Shown piece by piece: positions 19,299 to 29,085 of a stretch of 64,000 nucleotides of DNA (positions are counted from its first letter, which is position 1; the number at the start of each line of letters is the position of its first letter). Made by a program: the position numbers and the translations under genes. Origin of the DNA: Candidatus Brocadiia bacterium (GTDB lineage: Bacteria; Planctomycetota; Brocadiia; SM23-32); assembly GCA_046538485.1 (NCBI GenBank), contig JBKHIT010000003.1, positions 107,871 through 171,870 of the forward strand, given 5' to 3'. Under the pieces are notes generated by a model, which ran no database searches, was not told the DNA's origin, and was given only the letters and a program-made list of their open reading frames with translations.

Positions 19299-20828
19299 TT
19301 ACTGATCGTCTTCCATGGTGTTTTCGCCGGTTTGTTTTTGTTCGTCCAATTTTTTTTGCCGTTCCCGCAGCTGTACAGGGCGCAACCCAAATTCTTTATC
19401 GGCTTGGATGAACGCTTGCATCAGCGAGTCTTCGTTTTTTAAACCGTTTGCCAGAGTTCGTTTTTCGGCCGATACTTCAATCTGCTTGTATGTGTCTCTG
19501 TCGATTCCCTCCGGGAGATCCATTTTTTCTGTCTCTGAAATACGTCTCTGACCAGAAGGATTTTTCTGCTGCAGTTTCTTCATCATGCTGGCCACACGCG
19601 AAGATTGACTATCTTTCTTTTTTTTTTGAGGAGACACTCCCGTTGACTTTTTCTGTGCGGTCTCTTTTTCCGTTGACGGATTGGCTTCTGTTTGCGGATC
19701 CCCTCCCGAAAGGCGTTCGATAGCTTCTTCCAAATGCAGCAAATCCTCTGTGTTTGAAAGTTTAATAATAGCCAGTTCCATTGCCAGCCGACCCGTGCTA
19801 TCGCGTCGGGCTCGGAGTTTTGCCTCACGGAAGACCTGAAGTAGATAGAGTATTTGGTCTGGAGAGAAGGCTTCTGCCTGGCGTTCGAGGGTTTCAGAAT
19901 CAGCGGGGGCGCTGGCGAGCAAGTCATCCTCTGGTCCACAATAACTGGCGACCAGCAAATCGCGGAGGTATGCCGAAATCTGATCGGCAAAATCCAGAAT
20001 ATCAACGCCCCCCAGCAGCACTTCGTGCATTTTTTGCAGGGCCTTGCCGGTTTGCTGGTCAGATAGGGCGTCAACAATTTCGACCAGAGTTTGTGTGCGA
20101 GCGGTGCCCAAAACCATGCGGACATCCTCGGACCGCACCTGCTTTCCACCGAATGCTGCCACCTGGTCGAGTGTCCCGAGGGCGTCCCTCATACTTCCCC
20201 GCGCCGCCCGTGCGATAAGTTGCAGCGCACCGTCTTCCACCTCAAGATCTTCTTGGGAACAGATCCCACGCAGATGATCGACGATCTGGAGGTCCGATAA
20301 ACGCCGAAAATCAAAACGCTGGCAGCGGCTCTTAACAGTTTCAGGTAATTGTTGGGGGTCGGTGGTTGAGAAAATAAATTTTACGTGTTCGGGCGGTTCT
20401 TCCAGCGTTTTGAGCAGGGCGTTGAAGGCATGATCGCTGAGCATATGGACTTCATCAATGTAATAAATTTTGTAACGACTGCGCGCCGGGGCATATTTAA
20501 CGTTCTGGCGCAACTGTTCGATATCTTCCACGAGTCGATTTGATGCACCATCGATCTCCATGACATCAATATCCTCCCCGCTTGCAATGCGTTTGCAGGC
20601 ATCACATTCCCCGCAGGGCTCCGGCGTCGGTCCTTTTTCGCAGTTCAGAGCGCAGGCAAGGATCCGAGCCATCGTTGTTTTGCCGACTCCGCGGCTGCCG
20701 CAGAACAAATAAGCGTGCGCCACTTTGCCTTCCCGAACTGCATTTTGCAGCGTTCGGGCAACATGTTCTTGTCCAACCACTTCGCTGAACTGAGTCGGTC
20801 GGTATTTTCGAGCAAAAACCAAATACAC
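19299..20828 (-). CDS. dnaX: DNA polymerase III subunit gamma/tau
   Basis: ARKYRPTQFSEVVGQEH, GSRGVGKTT, zinc motif, IDEVHML, FNALLKTLEEPP, SRCQRFDF; start taken at GTG 20828. Confidence 0.97.
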   Translation of the reverse strand: MYLVFARKYRPTQFSEVVGQEHVARTLQNAVREGKVAHAYLFCGSRGVGKTTMARILACALNCEKGPTPEPCGECDACKRIASGEDIDVMEIDGASNRLVEDIEQLRQNVKYAPARSRYKIYYIDEVHMLSDHAFNALLKTLEEPPEHVKFIFSTTDPQQLPETVKSRCQRFDFRRLSDLQIVDHLRGICSQEDLEVEDGALQLIARAARGSMRDALGTLDQVAAFGGKQVRSEDVRMVLGTARTQTLVEIVDALSDQQTGKALQKMHEVLLGGVDILDFADQISAYLRDLLVASYCGPEDDLLASAPADSETLERQAEAFSPDQILYLLQVFREAKLRARRDSTGRLAMELAIIKLSNTEDLLHLEEAIERLSGGDPQTEANPSTEKETAQKKSTGVSPQKKKKDSQSSRVASMMKKLQQKNPSGQRRISETEKMDLPEGIDRDTYKQIEVSAEKRTLANGLKNEDSLMQAFIQADKEFGLRPVQLRERQKKLDEQKQTGENTMEDDQ

Positions 20829-20883
20829 GGAACTGACCCCGGAAAAGCAGAATACTTCCTGTCTGAGAGAAAGCCAAAAATTT

Positions 20884-21155
20884 GGGATCGTGCACTCCGT
20901 TTGGCAACACATCTTCGGCAGTAGCCGTTGTTCAGCTCCCGGCGAGCTGCCCCACGGCAGGCAGGGGTACCGCTTATGGCTGCTGGCGTCAACCCCTGAC
21001 CAAGTTCACGGCCGCCCTACTCCATGGGACCCACCGTTCAATACTGAGCTAACAGCTCTTTTCCTGAAAGATGCCATTGCCGCAGCGGAGCGGTCAGCCC
21101 TGCTGAGCGGTTTGCAGGTACAGGGCACCGCTAGTACCCCGCTTAGCACGATCCC
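20884..21155 (-). ncRNA. ffs: Signal recognition particle RNA, large bacterial (Alu-domain) type
   Basis: Minus strand: GGGATCGTGCTAAGCGGGGTACTAGCGGTGCCCTGTACCTGCAAACCGCT (Bacillus scRNA-like Alu domain); helix 8 GTCAGG-GGT-TGAC-GCC-AGCAGC; perfect 10-bp closing stem GGGATCGTGC/GCACGATCCC; 272 nt; directly upstream of dnaX. Confidence 0.93.
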
Positions 21156-21539
21156 AAAATGCCAAAGACTCGATTAAACCCGAACAAAAAGCCCCCAAAA
21201 CGTTTATTTTGGTGGACAATAAGCCCAAAATACGACACGATCTAGACGATATCACACTACTGTCGAGCACGCAACCTAAATCGACCGGTTTAAGAACCAC
21301 TTGTTTCTGATGGCCCAATTTTGTGATTCCATCGTGCGGCACCGTTTTCGAACGCTATTTCGGTTTAAAAATTATTGGGAACGGTATATAGTGATAAAAT
21401 CCGGCGAATTCCCTGATGAAGGCTTCAAACTGTCCGTGAAATCCAGGTCGGGTCTGAATCCCATCTTGCCTGGTATAAGATTGTGCAACGTCTGCAGTAA
21501 AAAAATGCAAAAGTGCCTGTCTGTGAAAGGATTAAAACG

Positions 21540-22355
21540 ATGATTGTCATTGCTGAACGGATCAATGCGACCCGCGAACCGATATCTCTGGCAATGAATG
21601 AGCGCGACGCGGCTCATATTGCTGAAGAAACTAAATTGCAGGAAAGGTGCGGCGCGGATTATATCGACATTAATGGCGGAAACACTCCAGATCAGGAAGT
21701 CGAAAATCTCAGCTGGGCCGTGGAGATTGTCCAGCAGAATACTGATTTACCGCTTTGCATCGATTCTGCGGGGGCTGAAGGTTTTGAGGCAGCTCTCGAG
21801 AAGATACATTCCGAAGATGTCATGCTGAATAGCGTCAATGGAGAATCGGAAAAGATGGAAAAAATCCTTCCGATTGCTGCCGAGAGGAGCGCAAGGTTGG
21901 TAGCATTGCTCATGGACGAGGAAGGTCTGCCCTCCGGAGTCGATGATAGGCTTCAGATCGCGGAGAAAATCGTGGAACAGGCGGAGAAAGCTGGAGTTGC
22001 GCTGGGCAAACTTTATGTTGATCCGTGCGTCCAGCCTTTGTGTACAAATCCAGACCAGGCCAATGCGGTGATCGAGTGCGTCGGGCGGGTGATGGAAGAT
22101 TATCCCGGGATCCATACAACGGGGGGACTTTCAAATATCAGTTTCGGACTCCCTTATCGTGGTGTGGTAAATCGGGCGTTCATTACATTTTTGATCGGAG
22201 CAGGCCTGGATTCCGGAATTGTTGATCCCACCAGTCAAGATATGATGGCCACGATTCTGGCGGCTGAAGCCATCTGCGAAAAGGACGAAATGTGCATGAA
22301 TTATATCAAAGCCGACCGCCAGGGGCTTCTGAGGCCGGATGAGATCGAGGCATAA
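21540..22355 (+). CDS. Pterin-binding methyltetrahydrofolate:corrinoid methyltransferase (AcsE-like)
   Basis: MIVIAERIN, GADYIDING, LPLCIDS, LNSVNGE, LYVDP, GGLSNISFGLP, NRAF, GLDSGIVDP. Confidence 0.85.
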   Translation: MIVIAERINATREPISLAMNERDAAHIAEETKLQERCGADYIDINGGNTPDQEVENLSWAVEIVQQNTDLPLCIDSAGAEGFEAALEKIHSEDVMLNSVNGESEKMEKILPIAAERSARLVALLMDEEGLPSGVDDRLQIAEKIVEQAEKAGVALGKLYVDPCVQPLCTNPDQANAVIECVGRVMEDYPGIHTTGGLSNISFGLPYRGVVNRAFITFLIGAGLDSGIVDPTSQDMMATILAAEAICEKDEMCMNYIKADRQGLLRPDEIEA

Positions 22356-22397
22356 GCGTGATCGAGTCTCTATAGTGCAGAAAACAGGAGAGACAAA

Positions 22398-23219
22398 TTG
22401 AAAGACCCTGCCAGCGTGAACCAGAAACATGTGAAGGTGCAGGCAGGGCGCGGCGAATTGCTCGGGATGATATACGAAGACCGCGCAGGGTGCGCCTGCG
22501 ATACCGCTGTGCTGATATGCAATCCGTTTGGGGACGAGCGCAAATCGAGCTGTCTGGGTCTGAGCCGAATGGCCTGTCATATTGCGCGTAAGGGTTTCCG
22601 GGTTTTGCGGTTCGATTACTATGGAACCGGAGATAGCCCGGGAGATTTTCGAGAAGCCACACTGGAATCCAGGCTCGACGATATTGCTTCTGCGGCCGAG
22701 TTTCTCTCCGGATTTGAGAAAACTGATGGACTTGTGCTTATCGGCCTGCGCTATGGTGCTTTATTGGCCGCTCGATCTGCTCGGGATATCGAATTGTGCC
22801 GGGGAGTGGCCCTTTTGGAGCCGGTTCCCCACGGCCGGTCGTATTTCGAACGCCAGATCCAGCGGAAAAAAGTACGGCAGATGATAACGAGTGGCAAGGC
22901 CTCATCCAGTAGCGAGGAGGACGGAGAGGAAATTATAGATCTCGATGGCTACCCCATTCCCAAAGACATCATTGAAGGGCTTCAAAGTCCTTGTCTGAGC
23001 GAGACTGAGCTGTCCGGGAAAATTTTGCTTGTTCAAATTTCATTTGATGAAAACTTGCGGCGGGAAACAAAAGAACTTCGCGATAGTCTTGGCAGTGGTG
23101 TCACCGGGATATTGACGAAAACCGTCGTGCTGCCGCCTTTTTGGAGCCGGATTGAGATCACCGATACGACGGAACTAAACGAGGTAGCATCGGGTTGGTT
23201 GACAGGCTTATGGGGTTAA
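22398..23219 (+). CDS. Alpha/beta hydrolase fold protein (resembles exosortase-associated hydrolase 2)
   Basis: VLICNPFGDER, VLRFDYYGTGDSPG, nucleophile elbow GLRYG (Arg in place of Ser), PPFW near C-terminus. Confidence 0.7.
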   Translation: MKDPASVNQKHVKVQAGRGELLGMIYEDRAGCACDTAVLICNPFGDERKSSCLGLSRMACHIARKGFRVLRFDYYGTGDSPGDFREATLESRLDDIASAAEFLSGFEKTDGLVLIGLRYGALLAARSARDIELCRGVALLEPVPHGRSYFERQIQRKKVRQMITSGKASSSSEEDGEEIIDLDGYPIPKDIIEGLQSPCLSETELSGKILLVQISFDENLRRETKELRDSLGSGVTGILTKTVVLPPFWSRIEITDTTELNEVASGWLTGLWG

Positions 23220-23226
23220 TTTGACG

Positions 23227-23243
23227 TTTTGAGCGCCTCAAAA
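23227..23243. terminator. Possible bidirectional terminator hairpin between convergent genes
   Basis: TTTTGAG-CGC-CTCAAAA inverted repeat between stops at 23219 and 23261. Confidence 0.35.
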
Positions 23244-23260
23244 ACGCAAGGAGGAACAAA

Positions 23261-25549
23261 TCACTCCGGTCTTTTCCCATGCAGATCAGCATCAATTGCG
23301 TGCGCTGCGTCTTTCCCTGCTCCCATGGCCTGAATTACCGTGGCAGCGCCCGTCACAATATCGCCGCCTGCATAGACCTTATCCAGAGTGGTTTTTCCCG
23401 TTCCGGGTTCAGCGACAATTGTCCCCCATTTGTCAACTTCAAGGCCTTTGGTTGTCTGTGGTATGAGCGGGTGAGGCCGGTTGCCGAAAGCGATAATGAC
23501 CATATCCATGGGGATTTCAAATTCAGAGCCTTCGATCGGATAGGGCCGCCTGCGACCGTCTTCGCCGGGTTCTCCGAGTTCCATTTGAATGCATCGGACT
23601 CCCTTGACCCATCCGTCCGAATCGCCAAGAATTTCCACCACATTGGTGAGCCAGCGGATGTCGACGTCTTCTTCCATGGCATGTTCCAGTTCGGCCTGGC
23701 GTGCCGGGCATTCCTCCTCGGAGCGACGGTAGAGGACAGTTACTTCGTCAGCACCGAGTCTCAGGGCTGTGCGTGCCGAGTCCATGGCGACATTCCCCCC
23801 GCCGAGCACGGCGATACGAGGGCGGACCAGTACGGGAGTTTCGTATCGGGTGTCATAAGCGCGCATCAGATTAACCCGGGTGAGATATTCGTTGGCGCTG
23901 AGCACTCCATTCAGGTTTTCCCCGGCTGTACCCACGAGGATGGGGAGGCCTGCTCCCGAGCCAACAAAAACCGCCGCGAATCCTTCATCGAACAGTTCCC
24001 GGATAGAAGCGGTTTTCCCGACGACAAAATTCGTGCGGATTTCTACGCCCAGTGATTTTATGAAATCCACTTCCTGAGCGACGATTTCTTTGGGTAGTCT
24101 GAATTGGGGAATACCGTATGTGAGCACGCCTCCAGGTTCATGGAGAGCTTCGTGGATCACCGGTTGGTAACCGAGCCGCGCCAGTTCCCCCGCTGCTGTC
24201 AGACCGGCCGGTCCGCTTCCCACAATAGCAATTCTTTCTTTGGTTGCCTTTGCCAGATTCGGCGTTTCAATCAGGTCGTTTTCTCGTTCGTAGTCAGCGA
24301 CAAACCGCTCGAGGTTACCGATAGCGACGGGGTCCGCTTTTCGGCCGAGAACGCAATTCGCTTCGCATTGATCTTCCTGCGGGCAGACCCGACCACAAAC
24401 GGCTGGCAGGGCATTGTCTTCTTTTATGAGGCTGGCGGCATCCGCAAATTTGCGTTGCGTTATCAGCTTGATAAATCCGGGAATGTCGATCCCCACCGGA
24501 CATCCTTCAACGCACTTCGGTTTTTTGCATTGCAGGCACCTGTTGGCTTCCATTACGGCTTGTTCTGGTCTCAGACCAAAAGGGACTTCCACAAAATTAT
24601 TTATGCGTTTGTCGGCTGGTTGCTCGGGCATTGGTTGCCGGGGGATTTCTATGCTTTTTTCGGCTTCTCGCCCGGCCTGCAGTTTTGCATTTTGAAAATC
24701 GGTATGATCCTGGTCGCACTCATGAGCTGGCTCATACTGGGGTAGTTCCCGTGCACGCGGATTGTCTTCATATTGTGCGAGGCGGGCTCGGAGTTCCTCG
24801 AAATCGACCTGATGTCCGTCAAATTCCGGTCCGTCGACGCAGGCGAATTTCGTTTCCCCACCAATAGTAACGCGGCATCCTCCGCACATGCCGGTGCCAT
24901 CGAGCATTATGGGGTTGAGGCTCACGATTGTTTTGACACCAAAGGGTCTTGTAATGTCTGAAATGGCGGCCATCATTGGCACGGGGCCAACGGCATAGAC
25001 GGCATCGATTTTTCCGTTTGATTGAAGCATCTCTTTCAGCAGGTCCGTTGGAAAGCCGTGATACCCTTTGGAACCGTCATCGGTAGCGATCTGGAGGTCT
25101 TCGCAGAGCTGGGCGAGCTCCTTTTCCATGATCAGAAGTTCTTCACTCCGGGCACTTATAATTCCGGTGACCCCTTTCATGTGGGCTCGTATTGCTCGGA
25201 CGAGTGGCAGTATCAAGGCGATACCCAGGCCACCCCCGACGCAGACTGCGTGTTCCCCGTCATGCAATTCAGTGGGTTTCCCGAGCGGGCCGGCTACGTC
25301 AAGGATCTCGTCTCCCGCCGAGAATGTTGCCAGATGCTCTGTGGTATTTCCGACGGCCTGGAAAACGACCGTTATTGAGTGATTTTCCGGTTCGCCTCCG
25401 GCGATGGTGAGAGGAATTCGTTCGCCGGTTTCGGAGAGGCGGAGGACCACAAACTGCCCGGCTTTCCGTTTCTGGGCGATACGCGGCGCGTGGATCTTAA
25501 TCTGGTAGGTCTTTGGGGCCAGCTTTTCTTTTGCGAGGATTTCATACAT
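23261..25549 (-). CDS. Fused NfnA-NfnB (SudB/SudA-like) electron-bifurcating NADH-dependent ferredoxin:NADP+ oxidoreductase; often annotated as PyrK/GltD fusion
   Basis: N-terminal AGQFVVLR...GERIPLTI, DGTGMCGGCRV...CVDGPEFD (NfnA, 2Fe-2S); C-terminal EANRCLQCKKPKCVEGCP, CGRVCPQEDQCE, GSGPAG, GGGNVAMDSAR, GGDIVTGAATVI (NfnB/GltD). Confidence 0.88.
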   Translation of the reverse strand: MYEILAKEKLAPKTYQIKIHAPRIAQKRKAGQFVVLRLSETGERIPLTIAGGEPENHSITVVFQAVGNTTEHLATFSAGDEILDVAGPLGKPTELHDGEHAVCVGGGLGIALILPLVRAIRAHMKGVTGIISARSEELLIMEKELAQLCEDLQIATDDGSKGYHGFPTDLLKEMLQSNGKIDAVYAVGPVPMMAAISDITRPFGVKTIVSLNPIMLDGTGMCGGCRVTIGGETKFACVDGPEFDGHQVDFEELRARLAQYEDNPRARELPQYEPAHECDQDHTDFQNAKLQAGREAEKSIEIPRQPMPEQPADKRINNFVEVPFGLRPEQAVMEANRCLQCKKPKCVEGCPVGIDIPGFIKLITQRKFADAASLIKEDNALPAVCGRVCPQEDQCEANCVLGRKADPVAIGNLERFVADYERENDLIETPNLAKATKERIAIVGSGPAGLTAAGELARLGYQPVIHEALHEPGGVLTYGIPQFRLPKEIVAQEVDFIKSLGVEIRTNFVVGKTASIRELFDEGFAAVFVGSGAGLPILVGTAGENLNGVLSANEYLTRVNLMRAYDTRYETPVLVRPRIAVLGGGNVAMDSARTALRLGADEVTVLYRRSEEECPARQAELEHAMEEDVDIRWLTNVVEILGDSDGWVKGVRCIQMELGEPGEDGRRRPYPIEGSEFEIPMDMVIIAFGNRPHPLIPQTTKGLEVDKWGTIVAEPGTGKTTLDKVYAGGDIVTGAATVIQAMGAGKDAAHAIDADLHGKRPE

Positions 25550-25597
25550 TTTTAAAGCTCAATCAGCCATAAGAAGAGCCCTAACCCGCATATTTCA

Positions 25598-25788
25598 AGC
25601 CCCCTCAGCGCCGGATATGCGCGGAGGGCAAAGGCGGGTGTATTCGTATACCCCAACTGCAGCCTGACAAAGCATAGAGGCAGAAGCCTCTTTCATCATA
25701 GTAAGACCGGGGCTGGTTTTTTTGTCACCGTCCGCGCGGTCTGACAGTCTCACTCCAACGGAACCGCCAACTGGCGGCTGAGGGGGCT
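25598..25788. ncRNA. Candidate structured RNA, family unassigned
   Basis: Nested pairings: AGCCCCCTCAGC 25598-25609 / GCTGAGGGGGCT 25777-25788; GCGCGGA 25619-25625 / TCCGCGC 25731-25737; GGGTGTA-TTCG-TATACCC; TGACAAA/TTTGTCA; AGAGGC-AGAA-GCCTCT. Confidence 0.45.
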
Positions 25789-25967
25789 CCCGACAGGGTG
25801 AATTCCTGCCGTTTGTTTGAAAAAGCGCTCAGTACAGGGTGTGTACAAATCATCATGGCAAAATCCGTAGTAAGGCCAAGTCCAGAAATGCTTTATAGTA
25901 ATATCACTTCGGAATTTATGAGATATGGGGGCTAATCCCCGGCGGGACCCCGAGCTCCGTGTTTTCG

Positions 25968-26831
25968 TCAGGAGTGATTACCGGTTTCCTCGCGGAACAT
26001 TTCCAGAAGTTGTAGTGTAATGGGTCCGGGTGTGCCGTCCCCGATATCACGGCTATCAATGCGCACGACAGGCACCAGTTCGGCGGCGGTACCCGTGAGG
26101 AAACACTCATCGGCGACGTAAAGATCAAAACGGGTCAGCTGGCGTTCTTCGATCCCTATATCCGCGCTTCGCGCAAGCTGCATTACCACCTGGCGTGTGA
26201 TGCCTTCCAGCATCCCAGCTTCAGGAGGGGGAGTGACGAGTGTGCTTTCTGAAACGATGAACAGGTTATCGCCCGTACATTCGGCGACATAGCCCTGGCT
26301 GTTGAGCATAATTGCTTCAATAACCCCTGCCTGAAGGGCCTCTATTTTCGCGAGGATATTGTTGAGATAGTTTAGAGATTTGATTTTCGGGCTCAGGACA
26401 TTGTGGTGGGTCCGCATAGTGGGGACGGTTACCACTTCCAATCCTTTTTCGTAAAACTCTTTCGGGTAAAGAGATATAGAGTCCGTGATAATGATCACCT
26501 CTGGATCCGGGCATTTTGTTGGATCGAGACCTAAGGTCCCAACTCCCCGGGTGATAACGACCCTGATATAGGCATTTGTCAGGTCATTGGCTTCAAGCGT
26601 TTCATGAATAGCTTCGATCAATTCCTCTTTGCTCATGGGGATTTCCAGGGCAATCGCCCGAGCGGAATTGTAAAGCCGTTCGATATGCTGCTCGCACCGG
26701 AATACTTTTCCTTTATAGGCACGGATTCCTTCAAATACACCATCGCCGTAGAGCAAACCGTGATCGTAAACGGAAATTTTTGCGTCTGCTCTTTCCTTCA
26801 ATTCGCCGCTGATATAAACTTTTAGACCCAC
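25968..26831 (-). CDS. ilvE: Branched-chain amino acid aminotransferase
   Basis: DHGLLYGDGVFEGIRAY, KIKSLNYLNNILAK, ECTGDNLF, LEGITR, ADECFLTGTAAE; AAGGAG RBS before GTG 26831. Confidence 0.93.
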   Translation of the reverse strand: MGLKVYISGELKERADAKISVYDHGLLYGDGVFEGIRAYKGKVFRCEQHIERLYNSARAIALEIPMSKEELIEAIHETLEANDLTNAYIRVVITRGVGTLGLDPTKCPDPEVIIITDSISLYPKEFYEKGLEVVTVPTMRTHHNVLSPKIKSLNYLNNILAKIEALQAGVIEAIMLNSQGYVAECTGDNLFIVSESTLVTPPPEAGMLEGITRQVVMQLARSADIGIEERQLTRFDLYVADECFLTGTAAELVPVVRIDSRDIGDGTPGPITLQLLEMFREETGNHS

Positions 26832-26910
26832 ATCGCGCTCCTTAGATACTCCTTCAATTTCAATTGTATTGGGTAAACTACCGCAAAGCCTTGAGTTGTT
26901 CAAGCGTGAA

Positions 26911-27600
26911 TTATGAGGCTCTTTCGAGTCGTCCATCGACCAATCGGATTTTTCTTTCCGCGCGGGCGGCGATTGTAGGATCGTGCGTAACGATCACAAG
27001 GGTAGCCCCGGTTTCTTCTTTAAGCGTGCAGAGAAGATTAAGAATGGATTCCCCGGTGTGTGAATCGAGGTTGCCCGTCGGCTCGTCACAAAGCAGTATA
27101 TGAGGTTTGTTGATAAGGGCTCGGGCGATGGCGACCCGCTGGCGTTCCCCTCCGGAGAGCTGGCCCGGTTTATGTGCGGCGCGCTCCCCCAGCCCGACCA
27201 GTTTCAGAAGTCGCTGGGCTTCCTGAAGTGATTCTTTCTTTTTGCGTCTCCACGATCCCATGCCGGCATCAGCGATAGCGGGGAGGGCAACGTTTTCAAC
27301 GGCGGTAAAATCGGGAAGAAGATGGTAGAATTGGAAGACAAAGCCGAAAATCCGGTTCCGCCAACGCGCCTGGCGTTTTTGACTCAGGCTGGAAATTACC
27401 TGTTGTTTGTAAACCACCTGACCTTGGGTGGGGGTGTCGAGAATCCCCATCAGATGAAGCAAAGTGCTTTTACCTGCACCACTCGGTCCCTCAATAGCGA
27501 GAATTTCCCTGGGACTTACCTTCAATGAAACGTTGTGGAGCACTCGCAGGGCTCGGCGGCCAATTTTATAATCTTTGCATACTTCTTGTACTTCAAGCAT
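26911..27600 (-). CDS. lolD: ABC transporter ATP-binding protein, LolD-like
   Basis: GPSGAGKSTLL, FGFVFQFYHLLPDFTAVENV, LSGGERQRVAIARAL, DEPTGNLD, VTHD. Confidence 0.8.
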   Translation of the reverse strand: MLEVQEVCKDYKIGRRALRVLHNVSLKVSPREILAIEGPSGAGKSTLLHLMGILDTPTQGQVVYKQQVISSLSQKRQARWRNRIFGFVFQFYHLLPDFTAVENVALPAIADAGMGSWRRKKKESLQEAQRLLKLVGLGERAAHKPGQLSGGERQRVAIARALINKPHILLCDEPTGNLDSHTGESILNLLCTLKEETGATLVIVTHDPTIAARAERKIRLVDGRLERAS

Positions 27601-27633
27601 GGTTTTCGCTCGAGAGGCAATCGTATCTTAGCC

Positions 27634-29085
27634 TTATTCTTGATCGATAGGCCGCAGAAGGGGAAACAGAATGACCTCGCGGATGGAGGGGCTATTCGAC
27701 AGCAGCATAACAAGTCGATCGATCCCCACGCCCATACCCCCCGCTGGTGGCATACCATGGGCGAGCGCGCGCAGGAAATCGAGGTCGACCGTCCGCAGAG
27801 TTTCCTGTTCTGCATCCTCACCTTCCAGTTGTTGGAGAAATTTCTCTTCCTGAAGCTGAGGGTCATTCAGCTCCGTATAAGCCGTTCCCATCTCCAAGCC
27901 TCCGATGAACAGATCCCAGCGTTGGGCCTGAGCTTCATCGTCCGGACAAGGCTTGGTGAGAGGAGATAGAGCAGCTGGATAATCGAAGATAAAGGTCGGA
28001 TGAATAATTTCATCCTCTACGGTTCGTTCAAAGACGCGTTCAAGCAGCAATTCATCTCCCGTTCCGGATACGTCCAGATCGAGTTCCTGCGCTTTCTCAC
28101 GGAGCTTTTCGCTATCATCAGGGGAGAAATCATTCTTTTCTTCAAAAGCTTCTCGGTAATCAACCTGCTGAAAAGGAACGGTAAAGTCGATTTCGTAATC
28201 GCCGTATTGAATTAAGCCCTCGGAATTGATATTGAGGGCGAGAGAACGGATTAAATCCTCGGTTAGTTCTCTCATATCTCTGTAATCGGCGTAAGCCTGG
28301 TAAAGTTCAAGCGAGGTAAATTCCGGGTTGTGTTGCCTGTCCACGCCTTCATTTCGGAAATTCCGATTAATTTCGAAAACCCTTTCCATCCCTCCCACCA
28401 GAAGCCGTTTCAGGTAAAGCTCTGGAGCGACTCGCAGATAGAGGTCGATATCGAGCGCGTTATGATGGGTTACGAACGGGCGGGCAGCGGCACCTCCGGG
28501 AACTGGTTGCATCATGGGGGTTTCAACCTCGATAAAACCCCTATCCTGCAGTAAAGATCGGATTGATTGGTTCAGTTCCGAGCGGATGAGGAATCGCTCC
28601 ATCACTTCATCGTTTGTGAACAGGTCAACCGAACGACGACGATACCGAAATTCCTCATCTTTCAAACCGTGCCATTTTTCAGGTGGACGCAGTAATGCTT
28701 TGGAGAGCACCTGGAATTTATCGACAAAGATAGTGATTTCGCCGGTCCGGGTTTTCGTCAGGTCGCCGCTCACGCCAACGATATCGGCCGCCTGAAGCTG
28801 TTGATAGACCTCGAAATTTTCTTCGCCGAGCCGTTTTTCTTGAAAGAATATCTGGATGCTGCCTGTTTTATCTTTTATATCTACGAAAGAAGCTTTACCC
28901 ATATCCCGGATGTTTGTGATTCGGCCGGCGGTTCTAACAGTTTTCGGATTATCTTCTTCGAAGCTCTCTAGGATCGATGAAATGGGTTCTGTATCCGGGA
29001 ATCGCCCTCCGAAAGGGTCGACCCCGCGCTCACGTAATGCTTCCAGCGTGTCGAGTCGGAAATCTTCGTATTCGATCAGAGACAA
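27634..29085 (-). CDS. lysS: Lysine--tRNA ligase (class II)
   Basis: GGAAARPFVTHHNAL, YLRVAPELYLKRLLVGG, RNFRNEG, HNPEFT, GMPPAGGMGVGIDRL. Confidence 0.97.
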   Translation of the reverse strand: MSLIEYEDFRLDTLEALRERGVDPFGGRFPDTEPISSILESFEEDNPKTVRTAGRITNIRDMGKASFVDIKDKTGSIQIFFQEKRLGEENFEVYQQLQAADIVGVSGDLTKTRTGEITIFVDKFQVLSKALLRPPEKWHGLKDEEFRYRRRSVDLFTNDEVMERFLIRSELNQSIRSLLQDRGFIEVETPMMQPVPGGAAARPFVTHHNALDIDLYLRVAPELYLKRLLVGGMERVFEINRNFRNEGVDRQHNPEFTSLELYQAYADYRDMRELTEDLIRSLALNINSEGLIQYGDYEIDFTVPFQQVDYREAFEEKNDFSPDDSEKLREKAQELDLDVSGTGDELLLERVFERTVEDEIIHPTFIFDYPAALSPLTKPCPDDEAQAQRWDLFIGGLEMGTAYTELNDPQLQEEKFLQQLEGEDAEQETLRTVDLDFLRALAHGMPPAGGMGVGIDRLVMLLSNSPSIREVILFPLLRPIDQE

